A DNA stretch of 64,000 bases from Balanoglossus misakiensis (taxonomy: Eukaryota; Animalia; Hemichordata): positions 1,408,831 through 1,472,830 of the forward strand of contig CM082578.2 of the NCBI GenBank assembly GCA_040954595.2. Direction: 5' to 3'. The notes beneath the pieces were generated by a model. That model saw only the letters and a program-made list of their open reading frames with translations, did no database searches and was not told where the DNA came from. A program made the translations under genes and the position numbers. Of the stretch, positions 52,801 through 64,000 are shown in pieces. How positions within the stretch are numbered: the first letter of the stretch is position 1; every line of letters begins with the position of its first letter.

Positions 52801-55800
52801 CTTTCTCGATAGTTATTATAATATTTAGCTAGAGACGGCCTTGTATACTCTGAATTTTAGACTAGGAATGACTCAGCTGGCATATCGTACCACTTTTTCT
52901 GTGACATTGCCGACCGGCCCGGCGCAACTACCGAGAAAGGGTACGGGTGTGCTCGTGGGAATTGTCAACTACACGTTCATCGTTCGACTGCTCAACACAG
53001 ATCATTGATAACACAATGTCACATTTCGAACTAATTTTGGAATTCTGGATAAATTTTCCAAATATCCTGTTAATCTGGGATTTTCTTCCATCACCTTGAT
53101 GCAACTGTATCAGAATTTGTCTTTTAAGTTTATTCACACCAAAAAAAACAAAAAAAAAACAACAACAGCCATTTCCTGGAAATTGTCATGTTTTCTCTAA
53201 AAAAATTAAGCTGAACTTTTTTATTGAAAGGAAACGTTCAGCAGATTTTTTTCTCCCCAAAATTCAGGTGAATTTTTCACAGATTCTTTTTTCCCAGAAA
53301 TTCTGCCGAAATCTACACTAATCACACACTTATTGGAAAGGTGTAACACAAATTATAGACTTTACAAACAAAAATCTAATGTTATACATTTATGAACCTC
53401 TTATTCACCAATATTAAATGTTTTCAAAGAGGAAAGGTATTATTCTCGGACTGGAATTTCGAAATTAGTTTGGAACATGTTTGATGTGTTATAAATTGGT
53501 TTATTTTCAGATTTTATGGTGGGCACTTGACAGTAATTGAGGGTTATTCTGAAAATCTTTATGCTGGAGCAGAGATTGTAAACCAGATTGAAGAGACTTC
53601 CAATGAAACAGCGAACCATGGTTGGATTGGTGAGTGTGTCTTTTAACAGTGTTTCTCAGTGTTCCCAAATAATTTGTGGGTGTATCAAGTGTAAAAAATA
53701 ACTGGTTTAGGAATTTGACAGTTTACAAGTGAGCACTGCATAGTAACACTTGAATGATAATTGTCTCAAGATGGTAATTGAAAAGCCTATTTTTTACATC
53801 TCAATAACCTCACAAAATCTTGCTATTAAGTGACTCTGTATGCAGTTTTTCATCCAGACGGAGGGATGGGGGAATTCGCCCACTGTCAGCATGTTGGCAC
53901 CCCCTAGAAATTTGTCAAGGGGGAAATGGTGCCCGTTACAGACTCAGCGATGTCACTCATTCCCCTCCTTGCAAGAGTGCAACTATTCTTGCAAAGGGGG
54001 ACATATCCCCCCATCCTGGATGAAACACTGCTGCATGCATCTTCTTTCTTTATTTCCATTTTATAGGATTTAGTGGACCCAATCCAGATGGCAGTGTGGA
54101 ATATGATTATTCGGATGGCAGGAAAGGTAGTGTCTTTGATGGTCGATGGGCAGACACAGAACCTGATGCCTCCACTGGGCAATGTGTGAGGTTAAACCTC
54201 TTTGAAAATAATTACCCATGGTATCATGCAAGATGTGATGATGTCAGTCCGTCAATGTGTGAAGTAGCAGCTTGTGCTGAGGGTAAGTCTGATTCAAATC
54301 AACTAGAATCTGCCCTTACTCGCATCAGGTCTTTACTTTTCTCACACTGCTGTGGTCACTTCCCTACACTAAGAGAGAGAGAGAGAGAGCAAAAGGGAGG
54401 GAGAGGGTGGGAGGGGAGAGTGAGAGGGGAGGGGGATCGAGGGGAGTGGGAGATCGAGGGGAGGGGGAGATCGAGGGGAGGGTGGGAGAAAGGGAGGGAG
54501 GGGAGAGGGGAGGGAGGGGGGGTAAGAGAAAGGGAGAGGGAGGGAGGGGAGAGAGAGGGGAGGGAGGATCGAGGGGAGAGGGAGGGAGAGGGGGAGGGAG
54601 AGAGCTAGAGAGGGAGGGGGGGAGGGAGAGGGGGTGGGAGGGAGAGAGTGAGAGAGTCCTCTAAGCCATACAAGATATACATGTGATAGGATATTAAACT
54701 TTAAACATCTAGACTTGGAAGAGCTCACCCCTAAAAGTTAAACAAAGGGGATCAGATGATATCATGTCTCCTGCGGTGCAGAATGGTGTTATATTTGAAA
54801 TTGGAAACGGAGGAGAGTTACTTCATTCTGGCCAGTAATTTTGTCGCTAGATAATTCCACTCATTAATTGAATTGTTATCTTTAAATTATACTTTTAGAC
54901 TATTTATGTGAAACAGGTTTTCATGCTTTTTTGTTAAAGCAGTTTTACTTTTGGCAGAGATACAATATTGATCCTGTGATATTGTTCATAAACTTAAAAG
55001 CTTATGGGTTTGATACAAAAACTTTCATGTCCTTTCCTACATACAGAAAATTAATAAGATATATCAGTATTATGACAAAAGTTAAAAAAATATCCATCAA
55101 TGTAAATGTTATCTTTATTTTTTAAATAATTTTTGTTCAGGTGACTTTCGATGCTCCAATGGTAATTGTATAAATCCTGACTGGGTTTGTGATGGTACAG
55201 TGGACTGTGGTGATGGTGATTTCTCTGATGAGATTGGATGTGCAGGTATGTTTTTGGCAAGTGGTCTGAAACGATCATATTCTCTACGCTCACCTCAACA
55301 TCATTGCAAAGTGGGCCCAGGTGATGAGACCAAGTTTCCTAAATGTGTGGTATAGTGTAGTTTTGGCTTGAAGTCATTATACAAAAGAATCTTGTAAATA
55401 TGCGTGACAACTCTTATGTGCCAACCTCAAACTACTAGACCGTAATTTATTTGTATGATCATCTCCTTTGCAACTACAGACTACTTTTGAACTGTCAGCA
55501 GAAATTCTGATCCTCAAAGAATTTCGTACTGTAAAACAGGAAATTTTCGCGAGCTATAAATATTTCGCGAACTATGCGAGAGCCAAAAAACACGAAAATA
55601 AACAAGTTGTGTAAAAATGTTTTTCAAAGATAACAATGCAGTGAAAAATGAGAATTTGAAAATTAATCATCGCATAAAAGTTGTCACTTTTGATATCACG
55701 AAAAATTTCCTGTTTTACAGTATTTCATAATTATAAATCAGAAACAAAACTGGGTCAAGTATTTTAAGAATCTGGCATCTTTCACACTGATAGTTTGAGC

Positions 55801-58800
55801 TTAGAGAATAATAATATGCTGTTCTTGGAATTTTTGGGTGTGATAAATGTCGTTTCAAAATTTTACATTTGATTTATACTAATATAAAATTTGTTTTATA
55901 CATGTACATTGGATACTCACTGTTGGTGAAGTAATTTTATCATCAATGAAATTTCTTCAACTTGAAGAGCTGAAGCTTTATGACCATTCATCACACAAAT
56001 AAACCCTTTCTTTTTATTTTGATGATGTTCAGGAACATGTGGTGGTTTGGAAACTGGTGTCTCAGGGACCTTTCACAGCACTGGATACCCAGATGATAAT
56101 TATTACATTCTACAAGAATGTATTTGGACAATCCAGGGACCTGCAACATCCAGAATAAATTTTGAGGTACAGTAAAACTTGTCTAATCTGGAAACCTGCC
56201 TATACAGAACACCTTTTCCCATCCATTCGTCGTACAAACACAATTTTAAAGGAACCTCTATAAAATAAACTGGACACCTGTATTAAAAAGTTTCTTCCTT
56301 ATAACAAACTATCTATAACTTCAGGCTAGTTTATCAGTATTTTTGTTTTGTGTATAAAACACATTTCCTGTCCTTATGAGTAACCCATCACACCCCTGCA
56401 GCTCTCTGCTTGTCAACAAGTCATGTGTATGTACTGACCATTGTTATTATTTACAAATGTTTTCAAACAACAACAATGCCGATTGTGCACTCATAGATTT
56501 CAATGAGAAGATTAAGACTATGGATTTAACTCTGCCCTGGGGAGCTGAACAAGAAACTATGGTTGATACACAGAATAGAAATACTGAAAAATGTAACAAG
56601 TTACAACTAATGGGGCTTAAGTCATGAATCTGTGTTTATTTTCATGTATATTGGCTTGAGACAGCTCACTATGTATGATGTGTGTTGTAACATTTTGTTT
56701 TTATTCTTTTCAGTTTCCGTATTTTGACAGTGAACTTTATCATGATACTGTTGTCATTGTCGATGGGTCTGTGTTTGACCAATCCAAAGTTCTTGCAATA
56801 TATAGTGGACCGGACCAGCCTGATGAAGTTATTAGCAGTGGTAATGCAATGTTGGTGAAATTTCTCTCAGATAGTTTGCATACTGCTACTGGCTTTGAAG
56901 CATCTTGGCAAGCAGGTAATACTAAGTTTTGTACATGTACATACTTTAAAACGAGAAATTAATGCTCTGTGTTTACCTTAGGCAAATATTGTCTCTGAAA
57001 CGTTTCAAATTTTACCCTGTGTGAACCAGGTATAACATTATAGATTGCACGTGTAGGCAATATTGGCCCTACCTTGACTGTGATCTTGCTGATGTTCTGT
57101 TTGTGAGGTGTGTATGTTAAGATGACTTTTTCTTTCTTCCAGTGTATTCTTTGTGTGGTGGGAATTTCATAGCACAGTCATATAAACAGAATCTCAGCAG
57201 TACAGAATATTTTGAAGGCAAGAATTATCTCAACAATGAAGATTGTAACTGGCAGCTAGCATCATTCACAACAGAATTTGTTGTCACCTTACAGGTAAAT
57301 AGGAGACTACATGTAGATGAACTCATTTTTTTTACTCTTTTTAACAATTCATTTCATGTTATTAGCGGATTCAGATGCAATTAATCGTGTGAGTTGTTTG
57401 ACAGCATGACAAAAATTAGTAATTGTATTTTTAAAAAAACATTTTATTTTTGTCATTTCTGGTCAATTCTCAGTAGCCACTTTTCTGATTTCTTAAAATT
57501 TGGTTTACAAGGACCAAGTATTTTTATTATGGTGTACATAAACATGTGTCAAATATCAATACTGGGGAGGAGGGGGGTGGGTAGTTTTAGACATTTTTGG
57601 TCCAAAAGTCCACTTATGTCAGAAACTGCTCTTCCAGTTGTTTTGGATTTTGGTTTATTGGGATGTGAAAATATTCTTCATCAGATTTATTCTTATATTA
57701 CCTCATCAATGCTAAAGGTGCCCTTATAGGGACAAAGTCTCTCTCTCTCGCTGCCCTTTTCCCATTTATTATGTTTGATACAAGACACTGTTTATGTTGT
57801 TCTACATGAGGATATATAGTGAATCAACATTCGACCATTTTTAGGATATGAGAGTAAAAATCTCGCCCAAAATGAAGCGGGATGGAATGTTGATTCACTA
57901 TATATCCACATGTAGAATAACATAAACGATAATCAAACGATAATTAATGGAAAAGGGGCAGCGAGAGAGAGACTTTGCCCCTTAATGGTTTTGCGTAGGA
58001 AATTGTGATCACTATGATTGTACGGTATGTCACATTTAAATGTACATATCAAATGGGAGCACAGTGTCTTTGATGCTATTTTTTATATCTTTTCAGTTTA
58101 TCTCCTTTGCAACAGAAGATGGGGCTGATCAAGTGTCTGTATACGATGGCGCTGAACTGAATCCCGTCCTCCGACTTGCTTTATTTTCTGGGATGGAGTT
58201 ACCCAATGTCATCATATCTTCCAAAAGTGTGATGAGAGTTGACTTTAAGAGTGATGATGCAGTTACAATGAGAGGTTTTCATGCACATTACTGGGCAGGT
58301 AGGTAACGCATTCAAATTGATCAAGATGTTGTTTGAATGAAGAGGCAATCAAGGATTCATGATACAAGAGAACAATGTTTTATAGGGACAAAGTCTCTCT
58401 CTCTCTACCCTTTTTCCAGGAATTATGATGATACAATACAGCATTTATGTTATTCTACATGTGGATATATAGTGAATGAACATTCAACCACACACAACTT
58501 CCATCCCACTTGTAGACATAAGAGTGAAAAAACTCGCCAAAATGAAAAATCGGTCTCTACCGTTTATTCATTTTGGCAAGATTTTTACTCTCATATCCTA
58601 CAAACGGGATGGAAGTTGTGCGTGGTTGAATGTTCATTCACTATATATCCACATGTAGAATAACATAAACAGTGTCTTGTATCAAACATAGTTAATGGAA
58701 AAAGGGCAGCGAGAGAGAGAAACTTTGTCCCTTTAAATCACTTAAAATCCTTCCCAAAGAATTTCAACCCAGTAAGAATTGTAAGGATCACAAATATATC

Positions 58801-60256
58801 TTCCTTTGCCATTCTTTCTGGAGGTTTATAAGCTAATCTGATACTGGGTCATTATGGAACTTTTTAAAGGGACAAAGTCTCTCTCTCGCTGCCCTTTTTT
58901 CCATTAATTATATTTGATACAAGACACCGTTTGTTATTCTACATGTGGATATATAGTGAATGAACGTTCAACCACACACAACTTCCATCCCTCTTATAGA
59001 CAGGAGAGTGAAAAAACTCGCCAAAATGAATAATCGTTCTTTACCATTTATTCATTTTGGGCGAGTTTTTACTCTCATATCATACAAGTGGGATGGAAGT
59101 TTTGTGTGGTTGATCATTGATTAACTATATATCCACATTTACATTAAAGCCTCAGTATTTCTCGTAGGGGCAAAATTTTGTTTGAAACGGCATCTATAAT
59201 TTCTAAAAGTAGATGATAATTGATACTGAATCGAACAGTCATCATCCCCAGCTCTGCTAATAAACTCATACAATTTACAATATAACGAGTGAAGAATGAC
59301 TTTCTGTCCGGACAGAAAGTCAGGCTCTCTTGACACACGTGACTACTGCGCATGCGCACTCAAATGTGAATCTATGCGGAAGAGGTTTGGTCGCCCCAAA
59401 TCAAGCGACTCAGCGAAGAAATGCGCACTAATTCGGCGAAATTTTGGGAAGATAACTTTATGGGAGAAATCAGTCGATGGAACCAGATCAAATCCGAAAA
59501 TGGTCTGACCATCAAATGTCAAAGTGGCACGTTTGCTGATCGACATGTACAACATTTCCGTTGTAAACAAACCCGCGCATCATTTCAAGTGTTACGGGCA
59601 ATATTATATTTACAGCTTGCACGTAGCTACAGTTGCCCAAACCTTTCTTCTATCTTCATTATGTAGTATTCCATGATGAATGTACGGGAAAAACGGGCAT
59701 TTTTCGATGATGAAAAATGGATACACACGAGAAATACTGGGGCTTTAACATAACCAGTGTCTTGTATCAAACATAATTAATGGAAAAGGGGCAGCTGGAG
59801 AGAGACTTTGTCCCTTTAACAGAAAAAATAACAAAATGTGAAAAGTTAAATGAGTTTAATTTGCTAACTACATGTATAACGACAGAAATGTTTGACCTAA
59901 GGAAGTCATAAAATACAGTTAACAGTCATTTCTTCTATCGCTTACGACTTTTTATCCACAAGGCAATTATTATGTGATTTGATCCCCTAGCACGAAATAA
60001 AAGGCAGCCAGGATTACACCAAACCTGTGGATTTAATTAATTATTTCTTGTTTGGTATTTTTTCTTCAAAGGTTGCCAGGGAATTGAAATTCTGCGTAGT
60101 TTTGGTACGATTCAGTCACCAGGCTTTGATGTTAGCACTTACCCTGATGATGTTATGTGTAGCTGGGTAATCAAGGAACCAACTGGAAGACCATTAACTC
60201 TTATCTTTGATGACAACTTTGGATTAGAGAGGAACACAGATGTTGATTACATCATT
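28830..60256 (+). CDS. Host gene, partial: C-type lectin + LDLa + 3 CUB domains (Uninflatable/SP1070-like N-terminus)
   Basis: Phase-consistent exons 28830-28887 (..YECPE), 29587-29668 ([14 protein letters not shown]), 47324-47442 (FYGGHL..WIG), 47880-48095 (EPD..CV..W..C..CE), 48955-49059 ([32 protein letters not shown]), CUB exons 56033-56166, 56714-56915, 57143-57294, 58097-58298, 60072-60256. The signal-peptide exon and 3' exons were not located. The Uif-like label rests on domain order only. Confidence 0.85.
29233..29519. mobile_element. AGGGACAAAG-family MITE
   Basis: TTAA|AGGGAC...GTCCCT|TTAA. Confidence 0.85.
30299..30530. repeat. GACA/GTCA-rich low-complexity tract
   Basis: Degenerate (GACA)n, (CGCT)n, (CT)n and (GTCA)n runs. 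Confidence 0.7.
33027..33166. mobile_element. 140-bp Kolobok-type MITE of a third family
   Basis: TTAA|AGGTATAC ... GTATACCT|TTAA. Confidence 0.65.
33190..33825. mobile_element. MITE with GGGACCGTTCAG TIR and poly-G/poly-C subtermini
   Basis: TA|GGGACCGTTCAGTTTTTACGG ... CCGTAAAACCTGAACGGTCCC|TA. The internal block CTCCCACATTAGAAAATTTTGTAAAATAAAGGGCGCGAAACTGCA is shared with 44521-45347. Confidence 0.8.
35304..41708 (+). CDS. SAP-like + SWIM zinc finger + YqaJ/lambda-exonuclease-type protein, 5 exons
   Basis: Exons 35304-35485 ([20 protein letters not shown]), 38939-39134, 40104-40243 (..SCECP), 40404-40649 ([12 protein letters not shown]), 40892-41708 (TRGQ, W..QR..ITAS, GASPDG, EIKCP, QIQMQM, YCDFV). 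All phases are compatible. Confidence 0.87.
37652..37745. repeat. Near-perfect 94-bp palindrome
   Basis: TGTTGGGAGATTTTATGAATGATCAGCGATAGTTCA.. pairs with ..TGAACTATCGCTGATCATTCATAAAATCTCCCAACA. Confidence 0.9.
37874..38032. repeat. About 160-bp hairpin
   Basis: ATATAATCCCATGATATCTTTCTTTGTTT pairs with AAACAAAGAAAGATATCATGGGATTATAT; inner arms are imperfect. Confidence 0.88.
38472..38654. repeat. 37-bp minisatellite, 5 copies
   Basis: AATGGTTTCTGCGTGCATAAATTATAGAGCTGACATC in direct tandem without spacers. Confidence 0.95.
39423..40025 (+). mobile_element. 603-bp non-autonomous Kolobok element related to 7538-17321
   Basis: TTAA|AGCCACAGTATTTCTCGT ... ACGAGAAATACTGGGGCT|TTAA. The first ~400 bp are homologous to the large element's end, including a decayed exon 1. 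Confidence 0.9.
41979..46190 (-). CDS. THAP + HTH + DDE_Tnp_4 transposase, 5 exons, first catalytic Asp replaced by Val
   Basis: Exons 46190-45701 (CAVTGC..FHAFP..W..LCSRHF, THAP), 44080-43970 (DHAY), 43693-43541 (..KYTG), 43246-43156, 42789-41979 ([44 protein letters not shown]). Confidence 0.87.
44521..45347. mobile_element. Tourist/Harbinger-like MITE (duplicate at 50720-51534)
   Basis: TTA|GGCTGCATTCACAAACACCTCTGGAGGGG ... CCCCTCCAGAGGTGTTTGTGAATGCAGCC|TTA. Confidence 0.88.
45414..45665. repeat. Long palindrome, ~118-bp arms with ~14-nt loop (duplicate at 51601-51852)
   Basis: CACAGGCGCGTGTATAGATGCTATTTCA..GGGCCTAGGCCTATA-loop-TATAGGCCTAGGCCC..TGAAATAGCATCTATACACGCGCCTGTG. Confidence 0.92.
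47656..47843. mobile_element. Small hAT-like MITE (duplicate at ~53843-54030)
   Basis: CAGTTTTTCATCCAG ... CTGGATGAAACACTG; flanks ctgtatg / ctgcatg are an imperfect duplication. Confidence 0.55.
48184..48469. repeat. Polypurine (G/A) tract (duplicate at 54371-54655)
   Basis: About 285 bp almost entirely G and A, with many GGG runs. Confidence 0.9.
49341..49536. mobile_element. TA-flanked MITE (duplicate at 55527-55722)
   Basis: TACTGTAAAACAGGAAATTTT ... AAAATTTCCTGTTTTACAGTA. Confidence 0.8.
49643..55830 (+). repeat. Second copy of a tandem segmental duplication of 41730-49642, lacking 42505-44217
   Basis: 49643-50416 equals 41730-42504 and 50414-55830 equals 44215-49642. Identical ORFs recur at an offset of 6187 (45642/51829, 47909/54096). 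Confidence 0.95.
53511..55245 (+). other. Duplicated host exons (lectin 53511-53629, 54067-54282; LDLa 55141-55245)
   Basis: Identical to 47324-47442, 47880-48095 and 48955-49059, splice sites included. Confidence 0.9.
57728..57981. mobile_element. AGGGACAAAG-family MITE
   Basis: AGGGACAAAGTCTCTCTC ... GAGAGAGACTTTGCCCCT. Confidence 0.82.
58384..58732. mobile_element. AGGGACAAAG-family MITE
   Basis: AGGGACAAAGTCTCTC ... GAAACTTTGTCCCT|TTAA. Confidence 0.85.
58868..59815. mobile_element. AGGGACAAAG-family MITE containing a nested Kolobok element
   Basis: TTAA on both flanks; interrupted at an internal TTAA (59144-59147). Confidence 0.88.
59148..59744 (+). mobile_element. 597-bp non-autonomous Kolobok element, same family as 39423-40025
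   Basis: TTAA|AGCCTCAGTATTTCTCGT ... ACGAGAAATACTGGGGCT|TTAA. Confidence 0.9.
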
Positions 60257-60588
60257 GTAAGTATCAGATATGATCAGGAGTCAGCCATGTTAACCCTTCA
60301 AACGCCACGCCCGAATACATTCGTACATGTCACACTGGCGCTCTCTGCCACGCCCGAATATATTCGTACAACGACCCTTGTTTACTATGCTTGTGTTTTG
60401 ATCGCATTTTCCTGCGTTTCCAAAGTCACCTGACAAAGAATCTCTTACCATACCCTTTGAACTGTATTCTAACACCATATAAGGAATAAAAACAGGGTCA
60501 TAAGGTCAGATTCCATGGAATTTTCCGTAATTTATGCGAACTTTCGCGCGTCTCGGGTCAGACTGCCAAGCGCTTATAAATATTCATC

Positions 60589-62676
<2,088 letters not shown>

Positions 62677-63299
62677 CATCAGCACAACTGGATTCAAATA
62701 CTCAGTGACACACACATTCAGATGCTTTATTATTGTGGATTAGGTACCTGTCAATATTTACATGCCACTTACAATTGCCTATCTGAGAAATATTTTTATT
62801 TTCAGGCTCTCACCCCATCATCAGTGTAATATTCTTTTTACAGGGTTTCATCTCATTTACTGTGCAATTGTTTATTGTACAATATTACCATACTCTTGAT
62901 TACCACAAGGCATAATACATGTGTGTTGCCCAGGAATGTTCCTCACAGATTTTACTATGTTGTCAGGTACACAGTCCAAACCACCATTTCCAGTTGCTAC
63001 TTATCTTGTTTTCTTCATTTCAGATCTTCGCCCAGTGAGTTCCAGTGACAAGATTGACAAAAAATCATCAGTTTCCATGAAGATCCATCATTTACTTGTG
63101 TTGTATTTTTATCATTTACTCTATGTTCTGTATTTTTTATGACTTTTGTAATATTATTTATATTTATTTGCTGATATATGTTCATTTGGAATTCTATATT
63201 TATTTGCCTTGTCATCAGTTCTACTTATATAAAATAAACACTGTTTACTTGGACAAAATGGTTTGGCTTGGTTACTCATAACATAATTAGCACTTAGAT

Positions 63300-63872
63300 A
63301 TTCCTAATATGGCTGTTGAAATATGATAATTATTTGTTTATTTATTGTTTATTTGTTTACTCTTAGTGGGACCCGATAAACAGTTTGAAGTTATAAACAC
63401 AAGCCTACACCTCCAACCAACATACCTGGAAAATTTGAGCGTGATTGGCCCTCTAGATCAAATTTTACAGCAAAAACAACATTTTCAGCTATTTTTTGAC
63501 CAAAAATTGCTATTTTTAGCCCAATTTGCCCTCCTTTGTTTTTGAGTTTGGCCCTTTTGTATCACATGTTCACTTGTTCAGTTCATATACATATCAAATA
63601 ACCTTGTGATTTGGTATCATGATAGGGCTATTGTGAACTACATTAGTTCCAAATTTCTTGTGTTATTCCTAATTTAGCTGTTGAAATATGGTAATTATTT
63701 GTTTATTTATTGTTTATTTGTTTACTCTTAGTGGGACCCGATAAAAAGTTTGAAGTTATAAACACAAGCCTACACCTCCAACCAACATACCTGGAAAATT
63801 TGAGCGTGATTGGCCCTCTAGATCAAATTTTACAGCAAAAACAACATTTTCAGCCATTTTTTGACCAAAAAT
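63300..63872. repeat. ~210-bp direct repeat with ~365-bp period in the piggyBac 3' region
   Basis: ATTCCTAAT..GCTGTTGAAATATG..GGGACCCGATAAA..TTTTGACCAAAAATTG at ~63300-63510 and ~63665-63872. Confidence 0.88.
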
Positions 63873-64000
63873 TGAATTTTTAGACCCATTTTAAAGTACA
63901 AGTTATCAATCAATCATCATTTCCATAGTTGGCATTGATTCTCCATTTTGCACAGATATAAATTCATATGAGGTTTATAGGATTATGTAGCACTATGCAT

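Overview
AT-rich, intron-containing animal DNA, probably a marine invertebrate (inference). One host gene is visible on the + strand: exons from 28830 to 60256 encode C-type lectin, LDLa and CUB-CUB-CUB domains, the N-terminal architecture of Uninflatable/SP1070-like proteins. Most of the rest is nested DNA transposons. (1) A PIF/Harbinger element (left end probably before the window, right end about 22-22.6 kb) whose transposase (+, frameshifted) and MADF/Myb partner gene (-) are interleaved. The MADF intron is inflated to 17.8 kb by a ~1.6-kb head-to-tail array of about 4 copies. (2) A 9.8-kb Kolobok element (7538-17321, TTAA TSD, AG..CT ends) inserted in that array. It has an apparently intact 13-exon transposase, a remnant P2X7-C-terminus-like ORF, and ~610-bp terminal INVERTED arms that both carry the first coding exon. 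(3) A hAT (ZNF862-like) pseudogene fragment. (4) An 11.8-kb ISL2EU-type element (34573-46336) with convergent SAP-SWIM-YqaJ nuclease and THAP-DDE transposase genes; the first catalytic D is replaced by V. (5) A near-identical tandem duplication (41730-49642 copied to 49643-55830, with a 1.7-kb internal deletion) that duplicates host lectin/LDLa exons and the element's right end. (6) A piggyBac from 60294 with a nonsense codon inside its Cys-rich domain. Many MITEs, hairpins and microsatellites are also present. Exon structures were derived by eye from GT-AG sites and phase continuity; no database searches were run.
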